Assembly: GCA_013265495.1 (NCBI GenBank)
Contig: MU061579.1
Location: 5,021,146-5,085,145, forward strand
Direction: 5' to 3'
DNA: 64,000 nucleotides
Source: Vicugna vicugna
Taxonomy: Eukaryota
The notes under the pieces were generated by a model. It was not told the origin of the DNA. It saw only the letters and a program-made list of their open reading frames with translations, and ran no database searches. Positions within the stretch are counted from its first letter, which is position 1. Each line of letters opens with the position of its first letter. Positions 25,197 through 37,100 of the stretch are shown piece after piece. The position numbers and the translations under genes were made by a program.

Positions 25197-26585
25197 CTTC
25201 CTTCAAGCTGTGTCTGCTAGAATATTCCTCTAAGCAGAAAGCTCAGAGAGCTACAAAAAGCAATTCTTGAAAGATAAAAAGCACTTAACCAGTCTGATCA
25301 TGTCACATACGTTTATGCTCACCTTTACCTTAGTACCTTTCTCGAGGGATATTAAATTGGAATTTTTACAATGTTGTAAATGTATTAGCTTATACTTCAG
25401 TGTTAAAAAAAACTATTTGTGTATATCTGTGTGTGTATATATATATATATATAAAGGCAAAATATCAAATTTCTTAAGGTGCATAGCCAAGCTTTCTTTA
25501 CACTTATTTAAATTGTCATTACTGCCATGCTAATTTGCAAGTACAAAATTAATAGCAGTGGTCCCAGATTTTTTCTGCAAAGTCTGGCATTGTGTATGTA
25601 TGTGCATGAGCATGTGAATATTTGAATTGCAAAAGTCAGGTGCAGACTTTCATAAAATGCTACAAAGTTATGAATATTATTCTTTCTCCATCACACATTT
25701 CCTGTTCTTTTTATTTTATCATATAATTTTGACACATATATAATCTATAATTATCTATTTCTATGATATCTACTGAAAACATAGCAAATTTTTTTCCTCT
25801 GAATAACTTCATGCTATGAAGTTTCCTTAATTTCTAATCTTTTACTCATTTTACATTTTGCGTACCATGCAAACGTTTTTGTCTTTTACTTGTCACTAGT
25901 TTTCTTATTGCCTCCTTAGTCAACTGAAGGCCAGTACTCTCTCTTTTATACCTTCTGTTACTTTCTTACACTGCATGCACTAATGTCCAAAATTATAGAC
26001 TGAATACAGACTATGCAAACTCTAGAGCGTTCTTTTAAAACTAGAATCCTGATTTCTGACTTTATTTTGATAGATACCACTAGGAAAAAAGTGTTCCTTA
26101 AAATATTATAGGACAGAAACTGACAAAAATCAGAGTTTCTCATATTTTAAAATATTTACAACAAAACACTATTTTTCTCCAAATATTATATTGCTAAATA
26201 TTTTTGTGTGCAAACTACCTGAAATTCCATGACTGTTGGAGAAACTATACAATAAGTGTTATGTATAGTACATTATTCCTGTGTGTGTGCTATGTATCTT
26301 TAAGAAAAATAATTTTCAGGCAAGTTGACAAGGGGAAGGAGATCACTTTTTAAAGGCTCAATATGTCTTCAAAGTTAACAAATCTTTCTGGAAAGGCCCC
26401 TGTCCAGTCACTTTGAAAAAATGGACTGAACACTGAGAGCAGCATTAATCACCATTGTGCCTTTCTCTAAATATAGAAAGAAACCACAATGGCGCATTTT
26501 AACATTGCTTAGGTAAACTCTATCTGAGGCTGGAAGTGCCACTGAATAATTCTTAAAACATTAACCCTCACAAGCCATGTGGTTC

Positions 26586-27147
26586 TGTGAGGTAGTTAGA
26601 TAGGTGGGGGCACCAGACAGATAGGTGGAGGAGAGGGAGATGGTCCAGAAGAAGCCATTGTGACTACCTCCAACATAAAGGGACTTTACTTCTTCTCAAT
26701 TAGTACCAACAAGAAACCAGTTAGAATCCAACAGGCAGGACTGCTAAGTAGCAAAAAAGGACTTACCTGGACACAACCTTATGTTCACTGTATTATAGTT
26801 AACATTGCAGTTTGGGCCCCCTCCCATAGGCTTTTCTGTGTACATCATGAGTAAAAGAGCATGTGCAAAGGAGACGGGCACTCCAAAGCACTCAAGGGAT
26901 GTACATAAACTGTCAATCAATCCCGAGAGCCCCTAAAGCCAGGATACCAGGCAGGAGAAACAAAGAAGTGTTGCCAACTTTTGCCTCTCTTGGGTTGGCC
27001 CGCCTTTAGTTCTCGAAAGTGTGCTATACTGACTTTTGCTCTACTAATAAAATCCTTTGTTTATATCACACTTTCAGTCTTCCACTTAAATTCTTTTTCT
27101 TAGATAGGACAGAGAATCGAGGTGTTTTTCTTCCCTCCCCATGGTCA
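26586..27147 (+). mobile_element. ERV1-class solo LTR (562 bp) with perfect 4-bp TSD GTTC
   Basis: TG...CA termini; GTTC at 26582-26585 and 27148-27151; AATAAA at about 27046, followed by U5-like TTAAATTCTTTTTCTTAGATAGGACAGAGAATCGAGG. Confidence 0.87.
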
Positions 27148-29199
27148 GTTCCTCTATTAGTCCTGTAGAGAAACCTATTTAAATACTGAATATGTAAATA
27201 AACTAACAGTAACTGACTGAAATAAGGGGATGTATAAAAGGTACAAACTGCTTTGTTTTCTTTCTCTCAAAACCCATACCCTAATTATACAAACCAATTT
27301 GCAAACTCCAAACAAGTAGTAAATACCCCAAAACAAACACCATATAATTAGCTGTGATATATACTCTAAGGACTTGTGTCAGAAAAATCAAAAAACATGA
27401 GTTAGAGAAGTTAAGGAGAACTTTCCTAAAATGATGATTTCTAAATTAGATCTTGAATAAAGAGCTGAATTGGGAGACATTACAGAGGTCATTCAGACTT
27501 GTTAGGAATGGGGCACAGCTGACGCTAAGTCCTAAAGTTGGGCACGCATAAAGAATATTCGGGAAATATGAGAGCTGCCTCTGTCACCAAAGTATTTCTG
27601 TAGGTATGTGCTACAGAGACACTTACACTGCAATGAGCTGCATCAGGAGAAACACCTGAGAGAGCACCCGTCACAGATGTGTGGTAGGAGGAGGCTGAAT
27701 GCTGATTCTCAGAGCTAAAGCTATACTCACTGGCATCCAAAAGTGAGCTACGGGGGCTAATGGAACACAGACAATGGCCAGAAGTGTTACAACAGGCTCA
27801 CTTATTAGGGATAACTAATCCCCGTTAACAAGTAGAGTCCTAGAGATCTTTATCATAGGGCCAAATCAGAACCAACCTTAGAAAACCAAGCCATGGAACA
27901 ATTACTTGAAGGCATTATTTGACTCATCAATTCACATTCATATTAATACTCATTTAAAACCATCACTATATGCAAGTTGCAAGTTCTTGCCAAAGATGCT
28001 ACTTTAGAAAATAATATGTATTCAAGTGCATATGTGATTGGCAGTGGTATTTCTCTGTTGAAGCTAGGTGTAAAACAATTATTTCTTAGTGTGTGATGAT
28101 ACTATTTTATACAAGGATTTTTTTTTTTATGAGCATAAGTTACTGGTTCAAGAAAAGGCTCTGAGGCATTTACATTTTGATACTAAGACCTAAAATTAAG
28201 ACTGTGTTAATGTGGAAGGATGTACAGTCATTCACTTTAACGCACAGCATACTGTAAAACTTTGTCTCAATACATAGCAAGTGTGAATAATGAGGACACA
28301 AGACTAGTGATGGGTCTGGCTGTGTATTTATCATTGTATTCATGAAATGAAAGTGTGCAACCTTGTTAGCAGTAAGGGTCTGAGCTGATATGAAAGATAC
28401 TCATGATGCAGTACAAATTACATGCATATGGATATTAAAAAACAAAACCTGGTTCTTTGTCTTACTCAATCGATAAAATATTTGTCCTTAAGGGAAATGT
28501 AATTCAGATATTTCCATGATGAAGTACTATGCTTCTCCGCAGTTCCTTTCTGATTGGGGATATAAAGGTGACAAGTGGCAACTCTTGAATCCTAGAGAGG
28601 CTCGTGCAGTATGTTTAGAATGATGGGGAAACTCTGAAAATATTCCACAACAGCTTGGAATGTCAAAGCAGCAGAATTCACTTCAAATGCCCATTATACG
28701 AAGAATATAACCTGAAATGACAGCTTCCTATAGAAGCTGGAAAACTTTAAACTTTTCATAACTCTCCTCTGGTCTATCCTTTCTGAAATAATTCAAGCCG
28801 GAGTTAGCCATCCAAGGAATCATTTATATTCTTGGACTCCCTCAGCGAATGCTCATGTATAATCAACCTAATTCCTAAGAACATTTTAAAGGCATAATGA
28901 TACTGAATATTTTAAACCAGATCCTAATACTGCACTGTGTTGTAATGTTATAGCACCTTTCAAATTAGATTCACGGGTCACTAAAACTCATTATTTAAAG
29001 ATTAGAAGTCTCTGTCATAGATCAGCATTTTATAAATGAAGATATGCTATCAATCTAGACAAAGAAACTTACTTAAAATTATAGATCATTGCAAACCAAG
29101 AAGGAAGGAGCACTGAAGCTTTTAGAAATTATATCTGTCCTTCAAAATGTGTTTATTATGATGGATTGCCTATTAAGCTTATTTTTTCTCCCCAAGTAG

Positions 29200-29620
29200 T
29201 GATTTCAAAACATTCCCACCTTTCACCAGCAATTTCATCTGTCACCCTCGACATGGTCAACTAGCTTTTGCTTCTCACCTCTCCAGCCTCATCTTGTGCC
29301 ACTTTCTGTATTTCTCCTGACTCTAGCCATTGCAGACTTCTTTTTATTCCTGGATCATACTATGCCTTGCCTCCGTATCATCTTTTCTTCCTGAAAAGCC
29401 AGCTCCCAAATACTACTTTGTAAATTAGGTATTAACTTTAATATCATTTTCCTGGAGGAATCTTCTTTTGGTCTTCCCCAAAACTAGGTTAGACAACCCC
29501 TGAAATGCTCTGAACTGCTGGTCTGAAAACACACATACTCATTGTGGGTCTGTGATAAGCCTTTGGGTCACTGTGACTGGAGTAGAATTTAAGTTCTATT
29601 AATACCAGATGTAGAAGGGT
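29200..29620 (+). mobile_element. L2 fragment
   Basis: CACCTCTCCAGCCTCATCTTGTGCCACTTT...ACTCTAGCCATTGCAGACTTCTTTTTATTCCTGGATCAT (L2 3' region). Confidence 0.65.
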
Positions 29621-31059
29621 GTCATAGGTTACAGAGCTATCACAAAGACCACAAAAGTAACAATGCCATCTCTTTCAGATGTCCTTTCTCTACTGTTTCT
29701 GCTTTTGTTTCATGCTGGCAAGCTGAGGCAGAAAAAGACTTAGAATTGAGCAACAACTTCAGATTAAAAGATGGTTGACTATGTGTTTTCTTTGATGAAG
29801 CAGAGCCAACAGGGTCCTTCATTGGTACTCGAGACCCTCGTGGACCCATTTAAACTGTGGATGTTCCACAGAGCTCACTCCACACTAGATACGGAATCAA
29901 GAAAGCTGAAGGTACGTGTTGAGGTTTGTGTAAGCAACATCCCACTTCCCTGTCTGATGTTGCGACACTTGGGAGATAGTTGTCAAAGTTAGACAAACGG
30001 AGATACAATAGCGCTTTCTTTATTAACAAAGCTTTTTGATGAGTGCAGATTTGGCACTGAGCCAAGGGCACTTGCTAATACTTCACCAATGAACATGGCA
30101 AATTTAACTACCCAGACAAAAGCAAATGGTCCAATTTAAGGCTGGCCACAAGAACAGGGCTTGTACTGGCTAAGCTTAACAAGAGTCAAGAACTGATAGG
30201 AAAGCATGCTGCTTCCAGGAAGACTTATATCAAAGAAATCTAGGGGTTTTGAGTCACACATGCTTAGTTTTTGCCTGAACTTTTCAGTCAGAATCCTTTC
30301 CCGTAGGGAAACTGAGTAAGGAAACACAAATGTTAACTCTAGGGCTCACTTCTTTACGGAAACATGAAAGGGATCAAGTTTCAAATCACAATAGAAATAA
30401 CCTTACTAGGTAGCTCAAGAATCAGAACCCACGTTAAATCACAGCCTTGTCTCATTTTAATGCCTCTTTTTGGCTCTATTAATTAATGGCTAATTAGGTC
30501 GGGTTGAAGAATTTTCTGTACTTTTACTTGAACACCTTGGCATTAGTATTTAAAATGGAACATGCTGAGTTGGAACTACTTATTTCCTCTTGAAATCCTT
30601 GTTTTCTCCTGTAAAAATTTGTAGAAAGAACTGTATACTGCCAGTGCATTTCTTACTACCTTTTACTAGATGGGGATCTATTTGATCACATTCACACTCC
30701 AGGTTTAGTTCTTTTGTATTGCGTCTTTTAACCATTGTCAATTTTCTAGCTTCACACCCCATGATGCTCAGTTAACTAGTTTCTTCCATCCTCTTTTCCC
30801 CCCCTCTCTTTCTCCTTTCCTCCCTTCCTTTCTCCTTTCCTTCCTTCCTTCCATCTTTCCACTCACTTTTTTTTATCAATATTTAAATTAAAAAAAACCT
30901 TTTATAACACACCCTTTATGTCTTTAAAAGAGCAATATATTGAACTATATACCAACTCTGGTCTCCCCTCTCTTCCTCAAAGTACATTGTGTATTCCCCA
31001 AAGCCATCAGCTTCAAAATAATCACATAAATTATAATATATGAGAGTTAAAAAGTATTT

Positions 31060-31150
31060 CAGAGACCGCCTAGTCTGATTTATTATTTTACAAATGTGAA
31101 ATTGAGGCACAAAGAATCAAATGGCTTGTTCGAAGCAACTTGGGTGTTTA
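31060..31150 (-). mobile_element. MIR fragment
   Basis: TTATTTTACAAATGTGAAATTGAGGCACAAAGA...ATGGCTTGTTCGAAGCAAC (antisense MIR core). Confidence 0.65.
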
Positions 31151-32139
31151 GCTAGGTGTTGCTAGAACATGCAACTAACTAGAATATACTAGGATGATTT
31201 CCTTTTTTTGTAATTCTAGATGTATTCTAAACACTCACCAATACTAAAGTACAATCTGTCCACATCATCTTAAGTGCTACTTCCTACGGGAAACTCTTCA
31301 CAAACTGAGTAAAATAAACTCTGAAATTTTCCACTGCTTAAATATCAACTAAGAACATTTTCAGGTCTGCTAAAACATAGTTTTGGGTGTTTATATCCAA
31401 ACACTCCTCTTTATGCGGCTCCAAAACCACACTTCAAACATGAAGATTCTTGGTTCTAACCAGACATTATGGCTGAGTTGTGCTGTTCTAAATCCCATAT
31501 CTTTTTGGTACAAATTAAATGAGATTCTGCATGGAATTTATTTTGCAGAACTGTATTTCCTAAAACTAAATTCTTGTATTGAATTGCACGTTCCCTTGCC
31601 AAGAAGCCATAACCTCTACAAAGCTCTGGCTATTTTGTTCCCTGTTGTTGTTTTCTTGGAGAAGAGGGGAATGGGTGGCTTCTAAAAATGCCATTGACCA
31701 CTGATTAATTTACTTATCTGAATTGGGTCACCTACATGGCTTTATGTATCGTATCTACAATATTTCATATTATAAACTAGGTGATAACAGCATGGCCCAT
31801 ATCCTCAGTGTTCATATTGTTATGTATAAATTTTTTTTACTAGACACATAGAATTATATCCTTCAATACAAGCCTTCTTAGAAGACAGCTTTTATACATT
31901 TGAAAATATAAAATTAGAACCACCAAACTAGTCAAACAGTTGGTACCTGGCACTTCCTGGCCCAGCACACTTTCCTGTCCTCATCTCCATAGGCACAGAA
32001 CTCTACATCTCCCATAAGCTGTGATCTGGAATTAGCAGCAGGTGATATGTAAGAACTATAAGGCATGGCTTTGGCCCACAAGGTGCTTCTAGTCTTACTA
32101 GGTAACAAAATGAGTACTTGCTAAATAAAAACACATAAT

Positions 32140-34065
32140 CTTACCACCATTCTATGCCAGTTACTACCCAATTCTGTTTCCATTCATAACAAAACACCTC
32201 TGTAAAGTAGTCAAAAACTCAACTGTCTGCAATTTTAATTCCCATTCTTTCCCGAGCCTTCTCATTGGTACTTTTTCCCAACCTTCCCACAGACAGTGCT
32301 CTTGCCAAGTTTATTAATGCCACCAGTGTTGCTTAGTTCAACAATCAAGTCCAAGTCCTTGAAGTCTTTATCATTAGTAGTTGACTCAGCTGACTGATTG
32401 CTCCTTTACCCCAGAAACACTTTCTTCAACTGGCTTCCAGGATTACTTTCCTGGTATATATTATCTAACTATATTCTCCTTGTTTCCACTTCCATCATTG
32501 TCCCCTCTCGGTGTCCTTCCTTGTTCCTTCTTATCTTCTCGATTGTTTATTTATTGGGGTATTCCAGGGCTCAGATCTAGTATCTCTTCTGTAATTGCAC
32601 ACTTACTTTCTTCTTGAATTCATTCAATCACATACCTTTAAATGCTACCTGTATGCTAAGGCTAATGGTTCCCAAAGTGATAGCTCCCACACGGACGTCT
32701 CCTTTCATTTTCTAGACTCTAATGTTCAACAGATGATTAATGATTGATTTATTCAAGAAATATTTTTCTCTACTTGAATCACTAACAAACCTCCCAAATT
32801 TAACGTCTAAAATCAAATATTGGATTCCACTTCCTTCCCCCTAGCAAGCCCCTCTCATGATCTACTTGAACTCAGTGGCAACTCCAATATTTCTCAAGAC
32901 AAAAATCTCGGAATTACCCTTGGCTCCCCTCTGTCTTCTATAGTTTACATGCAAGTAGTCAGCAAAATCTGTGATCCTTACCTTCAAAAATTATCTAGAA
33001 ACAAATCACTTTTCACCACTACAATCTTGGTTCAAAATGCCATCGCTTCTCACTGTTTCACTGAGGATAAAGTTCAAAGTTCTAATGACAACAACAAACA
33101 AGGTCTTACACAATCTGAAGCCCTGTGACATTTCTAATTTTGTTTCTTATTAGTCTCCCCTTTGCTCACTCCAGCACAGTCCCATTTCATGGCTTTTATA
33201 CTTGATGTTTCCTCTGCCTGTAACCAAGGATGACTTTATGGTGTGCATCCAGTGCAGTTCCACAAAACCCCACGTTCAGAAGAAAGCCTCTGGTGTGTGG
33301 TTTAGTGCTTTACAGCCACACATTGGAACTCATTAATGATTTTATCATTGAATATGTGCTCGTTATAAATAAAGTCTAATGGGAATATGATGCATATGTC
33401 ATGGACTTGGAGTCTTAGCTCATGTGAGGTCCTTCCTCCCACCTCCTCTCTGTTGGCTGGGAATCAATTCTCAAACACCCACTCCTCTGTCCCCACCCAG
33501 CAACCACTGCCACCTTCTGATGCCCATGGAGGCTTAGATGTGGATATGAGGTAAGTCAGGACACAAAGGCAAGAGGCTGGGCTCAGGAGGGTCTGCTCTT
33601 GCTCAGCAAGTATCCCATGCCCAAAGGACTGTGGCATTAAACAGCAAATAAAACCTGCGGCAAGCTGAGACACATCATGGGAAAAAAGGAAAAGCTTCTC
33701 TCGTGCTTTCTCAGCAAGAGGCCCTCACTTTCACCTTACACTGCTCCTTACAGATAAGTAGCCAGTGCTGCTTATGACACTGTGGCCCCAGAAATCCACA
33801 CAGGAAACTCGCTCACCTTCTTCAGCTCTCTGCTCAAGAAAGAGCTTCACATTAAGGTTGTGAATGACCACCCTTATGAGAATCAAAACCCCTTCCAAAC
33901 ACACTTCAGCCCCAGGAACTCATCCATTCCTTTCATTTTTCTCAGGGTTATTTGTTCTTATCTAGCACACTCTGTAGTTTATTTCTCTATTTATTTTTGT
34001 TGTTGTACTTCCCTTCACTACAGTATGAACCCTAGGAATTAAAGGTTTATTCAGTTGTGTTAGTT
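32140..34065 (+). mobile_element. L2 (RT-region to 3' region), interrupted by a MER45-like element
   Basis: CCACAGACAGTGCTCTTGCCAAGTTTATTAATG resembles the L2 RT STETALxKVTND motif. L2 sequence CCTCTGCCTGTAAC resumes after the insertion as CCCCAGAAATCCACACAGG...CCTTCTTCAGCTCTCTGCTCAA. Confidence 0.78.
33225..33770 (+). mobile_element. MER45-family hAT-Tip100 DNA transposon (long variant)
   Basis: 5' CAAGGATGACTTTATGGTGTGCATCCAGTGCAGTTCCACA... and 3' GAGGCCCTCACTTTCACCTTACACTG...AAGTAGCCAGTGCTG match MER45 ends. Decayed 8-bp TSD CCTGTAAC/CTTATGAC (5 of 8 identical, all differences transitions). Confidence 0.8.
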
Positions 34066-34426
34066 TGAAAATAATCATATGTTAGTGGAATTTGGCTACC
34101 ATGTGTAGAGAAACTTCCATTAAATCGAGTTGGGAGACCAGAAGGGGGAGCTCTCACACTCTGTGATGATAGCAGAGCCCAATGGGAAGAAGGAAGCCTC
34201 CTCTTTTTCTCTCTGGCAAGGACTCAGCTAGTGGAAAGCCATGGGCTCTGTTTACTGCAGCCCTCCCAACTTCCTTTCCTCTCTATAAAACTGCCCCTTC
34301 CAGCTTGGTGGCTTGCACATGGCCTGCTTGCCATGGCTGCAGATGCTGAATTGCAATTCTTTGCTGATCCCAAATAAGCCAGTCTTTGCTGGACGAGTAT
34401 CTGACAGTCTATTTAAGCCACCATTT

Positions 34427-34445
34427 TGGTGGCCCATATAGGGGA
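34427..34445 (+). other. Primer-binding site, tRNA-Ile-like
   Basis: TGGTGGCCCATATAGGGGA lies 3 nt after the 5' LTR. The complement of the tRNA-Ile(AAU) 3' end, as recalled, is TGGTGGCCCGTACGGGGA; the differences fall mostly at former CpGs. Confidence 0.75.
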
Positions 34446-34838
34446 CCACAGAAGACTCCTGATGGCTCCAGGACTGGTGAGCAAATAGGTGATCTACCCA
34501 CAAACGAACCCACTGTGGCCCACTGACTTCTCAATGACTCTGGGATTTAACGGCGTATCTTTCTCCTGGATCTGAGCTTACGTTTTCTTTGCGTTTGAAG
34601 CTCTCTATTTATCCAGAACGCAACCACAAGTTTTCTTTTTGGTTAAGGCCTTGTTCTGTCCACAAGTACTCATCTGGCACTTAGGTCTGATTTTGAGTTC
34701 AGACTGTTCAGTGAATTCGGCCAGGCTTTGGCCCATTCCCTTCAGAACAGGGGCTGCTTCTTCTGAAGCTTGCTAACCTTCAACCCATTCTGTCAGGAAT
34801 AGGGGTTGTTTCTCTGAAATCGTGCTAGGTTTTTCAAA

Positions 34839-35490
34839 AGTGATCGAGGTTCCCATTTTACTGGCCATGTGCTTCAATGAGTCTGTGCTATTTGGCTGGT
34901 TTTACAACACTTTCACTGTTTACCACCCTTAATCCTCTGGTTTAGTTGAACACGCTAATAGCATTATTAAAACTTAATTGACAAAATGTATAGAAGCCCT
35001 TGAAACATCTTAGATAAAAGCATTGTCATTGCTCCTTCTAATCTCAGACTCGCTCCTTTTAAAACTCATGAATTCTCACTGTTTGAGGTAGTAACAGGAT
35101 GAACAGCCAATACACTTGGCTCTTGCATCTTTTGACTCACACCTGATAAAAGGAGAGATACTCCAATTTTGCAAAGGTCTAATTGCTTGTATTAAAAATA
35201 ACCATGTTTTGGTAGAGCAATCTTATCAGCATGCCCTTGGGAAATGAAGACTTTAAGCATCAGATTTTGCGACCTAGAGATTCTGTCTATTGGAAAAGAC
35301 ACCTCCAGAAAACTCCATTCAACCTTGCTGGAAAGGTTTCTGTCAAGTATAGCTAATCAACCTTTGTGCCCTCAAATTCCAAAGAATTGACTCTTAGATT
35401 CATGTGACACATATAAAGAAAGCACTAAACCTTGACCGGATTTTCACATCATCTGGTGACCTGAAAGTACAGGTTTCCTGGAACTGAAGC
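34839..35490 (+). pseudogene. Retroviral integrase remnant (stops and frameshifts)
   Basis: Manual translation across frameshifts: SDRGSHFTGHVLQ*VCAIW...HFHC / YHP*SSGLVEHANSIIKT*L...FEVVTG / WKRHLQK...PCWKGFCQV...IDS*IHVTHIKKA. This covers the second D and E of the DDE triad and the GPY/F-type C-terminal module. Confidence 0.88.
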
Positions 35491-36982
35491 GGATGACATC
35501 TGATGAGACAGCTTCTCTGATATAACTGGGCTAGGCCTGTTAGAGATTTGTCTCCAAACCTATGGTGATGACACAACACTTCAGATGATCTCCAGTGACT
35601 CTGATCTTCATAAGTAGGGGATTTAGATTTTTTAAAAATCCCTTCCTTGTTAGTCAGATGTGACCTTAATAGATTTCCAGTATGTTCATTTTCCCTCTGA
35701 CATGATACACTACCCCCAGGAAAGATCTTCACTAACACTGAGGGACAGAAAGCTGCTGAAACTAGAAATTTTGACTCTAGACCAGTAGTTCTTTCAGAGA
35801 AAGATCTTGATTAAAATGAGATAATGTAAGAAAATTAATAAACAGAAACCTAAGTTAAATAGGGTTGGGAAAGCTCCCCCTTATAAGAAGAAAGACTCCA
35901 CCTCTTTCCTGGCAAGGACTCAGCCAATGAAAAGCCAGGGACTCTTTGTTTACTACACTCCCCTTACCTCCTTTTCCTCTCTGTGATAATGTTCTCCTTT
36001 CCTTGTGTGGGAGGACTTGTATGTTGCTCACACCATGGCAGACCCCAAATTGCAATTCTCTGCTGATCCTGAATAAACCCATCTTCACTGGAAGAAATAT
36101 CTAACAGTCAGTTTCAGTCAACACCTATTTTCAGAGAGCAGGTTGGTATTTAAAGTCTCTTTATGTTTAACTTGTAAAAGTATTATCAATTTTGAAGGGC
36201 AAAAACCCAAGGAATAACTTTGTCTGTTTACTCACTGGATTCAGCTATATAGCATAGAGAAGTAAGTCCAGGCCAGACTGATATTGGAGTAGTTTAGATG
36301 GAGAGTATACCTGGTGACTCCATTTCAAGTTAAGAAGGAGCTGAAAAGAACTGTGTGTCTCCTGGTGTATAGCAATACATAGTAAAAGAAGAGGCAATTC
36401 TTTATTGAGAAGATATAAATACATCCTAATTATCTAAACTACAAAATATGTAAGATGTATACAGTGTTTATATGCATATATGCATTCATACATATATATA
36501 TTTTACTCAAGTTATGGAGGAAAAATTATTTTTTTTGTATTTTTTAAATGAATTTGTACTTTGCTATCTCAATTTTTTCTGGTATTTTTAATTCTGTTGG
36601 GATAATCAAATCTTTAGAGAGGCACGGATTGATGATAACAAAATATTACTGAATGACAATGGTATCAGAAGAGTGATACAAAAGCATGAAATGGTGCACC
36701 ATATTAGGAATTATAATTTATGATATTATATAGTAAAAAGTATTTTTATTCTATCAACTTTTCAATTTCAATTCTCTAATTCAAAATTAAAATCATACTT
36801 GAGGTTTCCTTCATTGATTGAATAACACAGGCACAGAAAGCAGTAGTGCCTTTGGAAAACTACACAGGGCAGTAGCACAAATAGAGAAATTCAAAAGTTT
36901 TGATCAAAGTTATAGTAAGTGTCTTGGTAAGTCATCACAAAGACAACATGGAAAACTGAAACAGAACAAGAGGCTCACTTTA

Positions 36983-37100
36983 ATTCATTGACTCAACATG
37001 TATTTATTGAACATATAGTATCTGTCAGTTACTCTTCTATTTGGAACACAGAAATGAATAAAACAGAAAAAGATCCTAGCCTTGGTCATCAAGCAGTGAA
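36983..37100 (-). mobile_element. L2 3' end
   Basis: TTCATTGACTCAACATGTATTTATTGAACATATAG...ACAGAAATGAATAAAACAGAAAAAGATCC. Confidence 0.7.

Larger units (their letters stand above)
34104..36123 (+). mobile_element. Internally deleted ERV1-class provirus (LTR-PBS-leader-integrase remnant-PPT-LTR)
   Basis: Two related LTRs (34104-34423, 35825-36123) share CTGGCAAGGACTCAGC and AATTGCAATTCT.TGCTGATCC..AATAA. PBS at 34427-34445, broken integrase from 34839, and a 3' end GAGAAAGATCTTGATTAAAATGAGATAA|TG typical of ERV1 internals. Confidence 0.9.

Noticed and set aside
28512..28560. Box C (ATGATGA) and box D (CTGA) snoRNA-like pair, next to CCAAT- and TATA-like motifs
   Set aside because: Only about 37 nt from C to D, too short for a C/D snoRNA; the CCAAT and TATA motifs are too close together and there is no CpG island.
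29679..29917. Plus-strand exon candidate ending in AAG|GTACGT
   Set aside because: No recognisable protein, an ambiguous acceptor, and such splice pairs are expected by chance in 64 kb.
35400..35738. 112-aa minus-strand ORF in the ERV as a possible env or antisense gene
   Set aside because: Antisense to the decayed integrase and 3' region, with no signal peptide, furin site, CX6CC motif or transmembrane segment.
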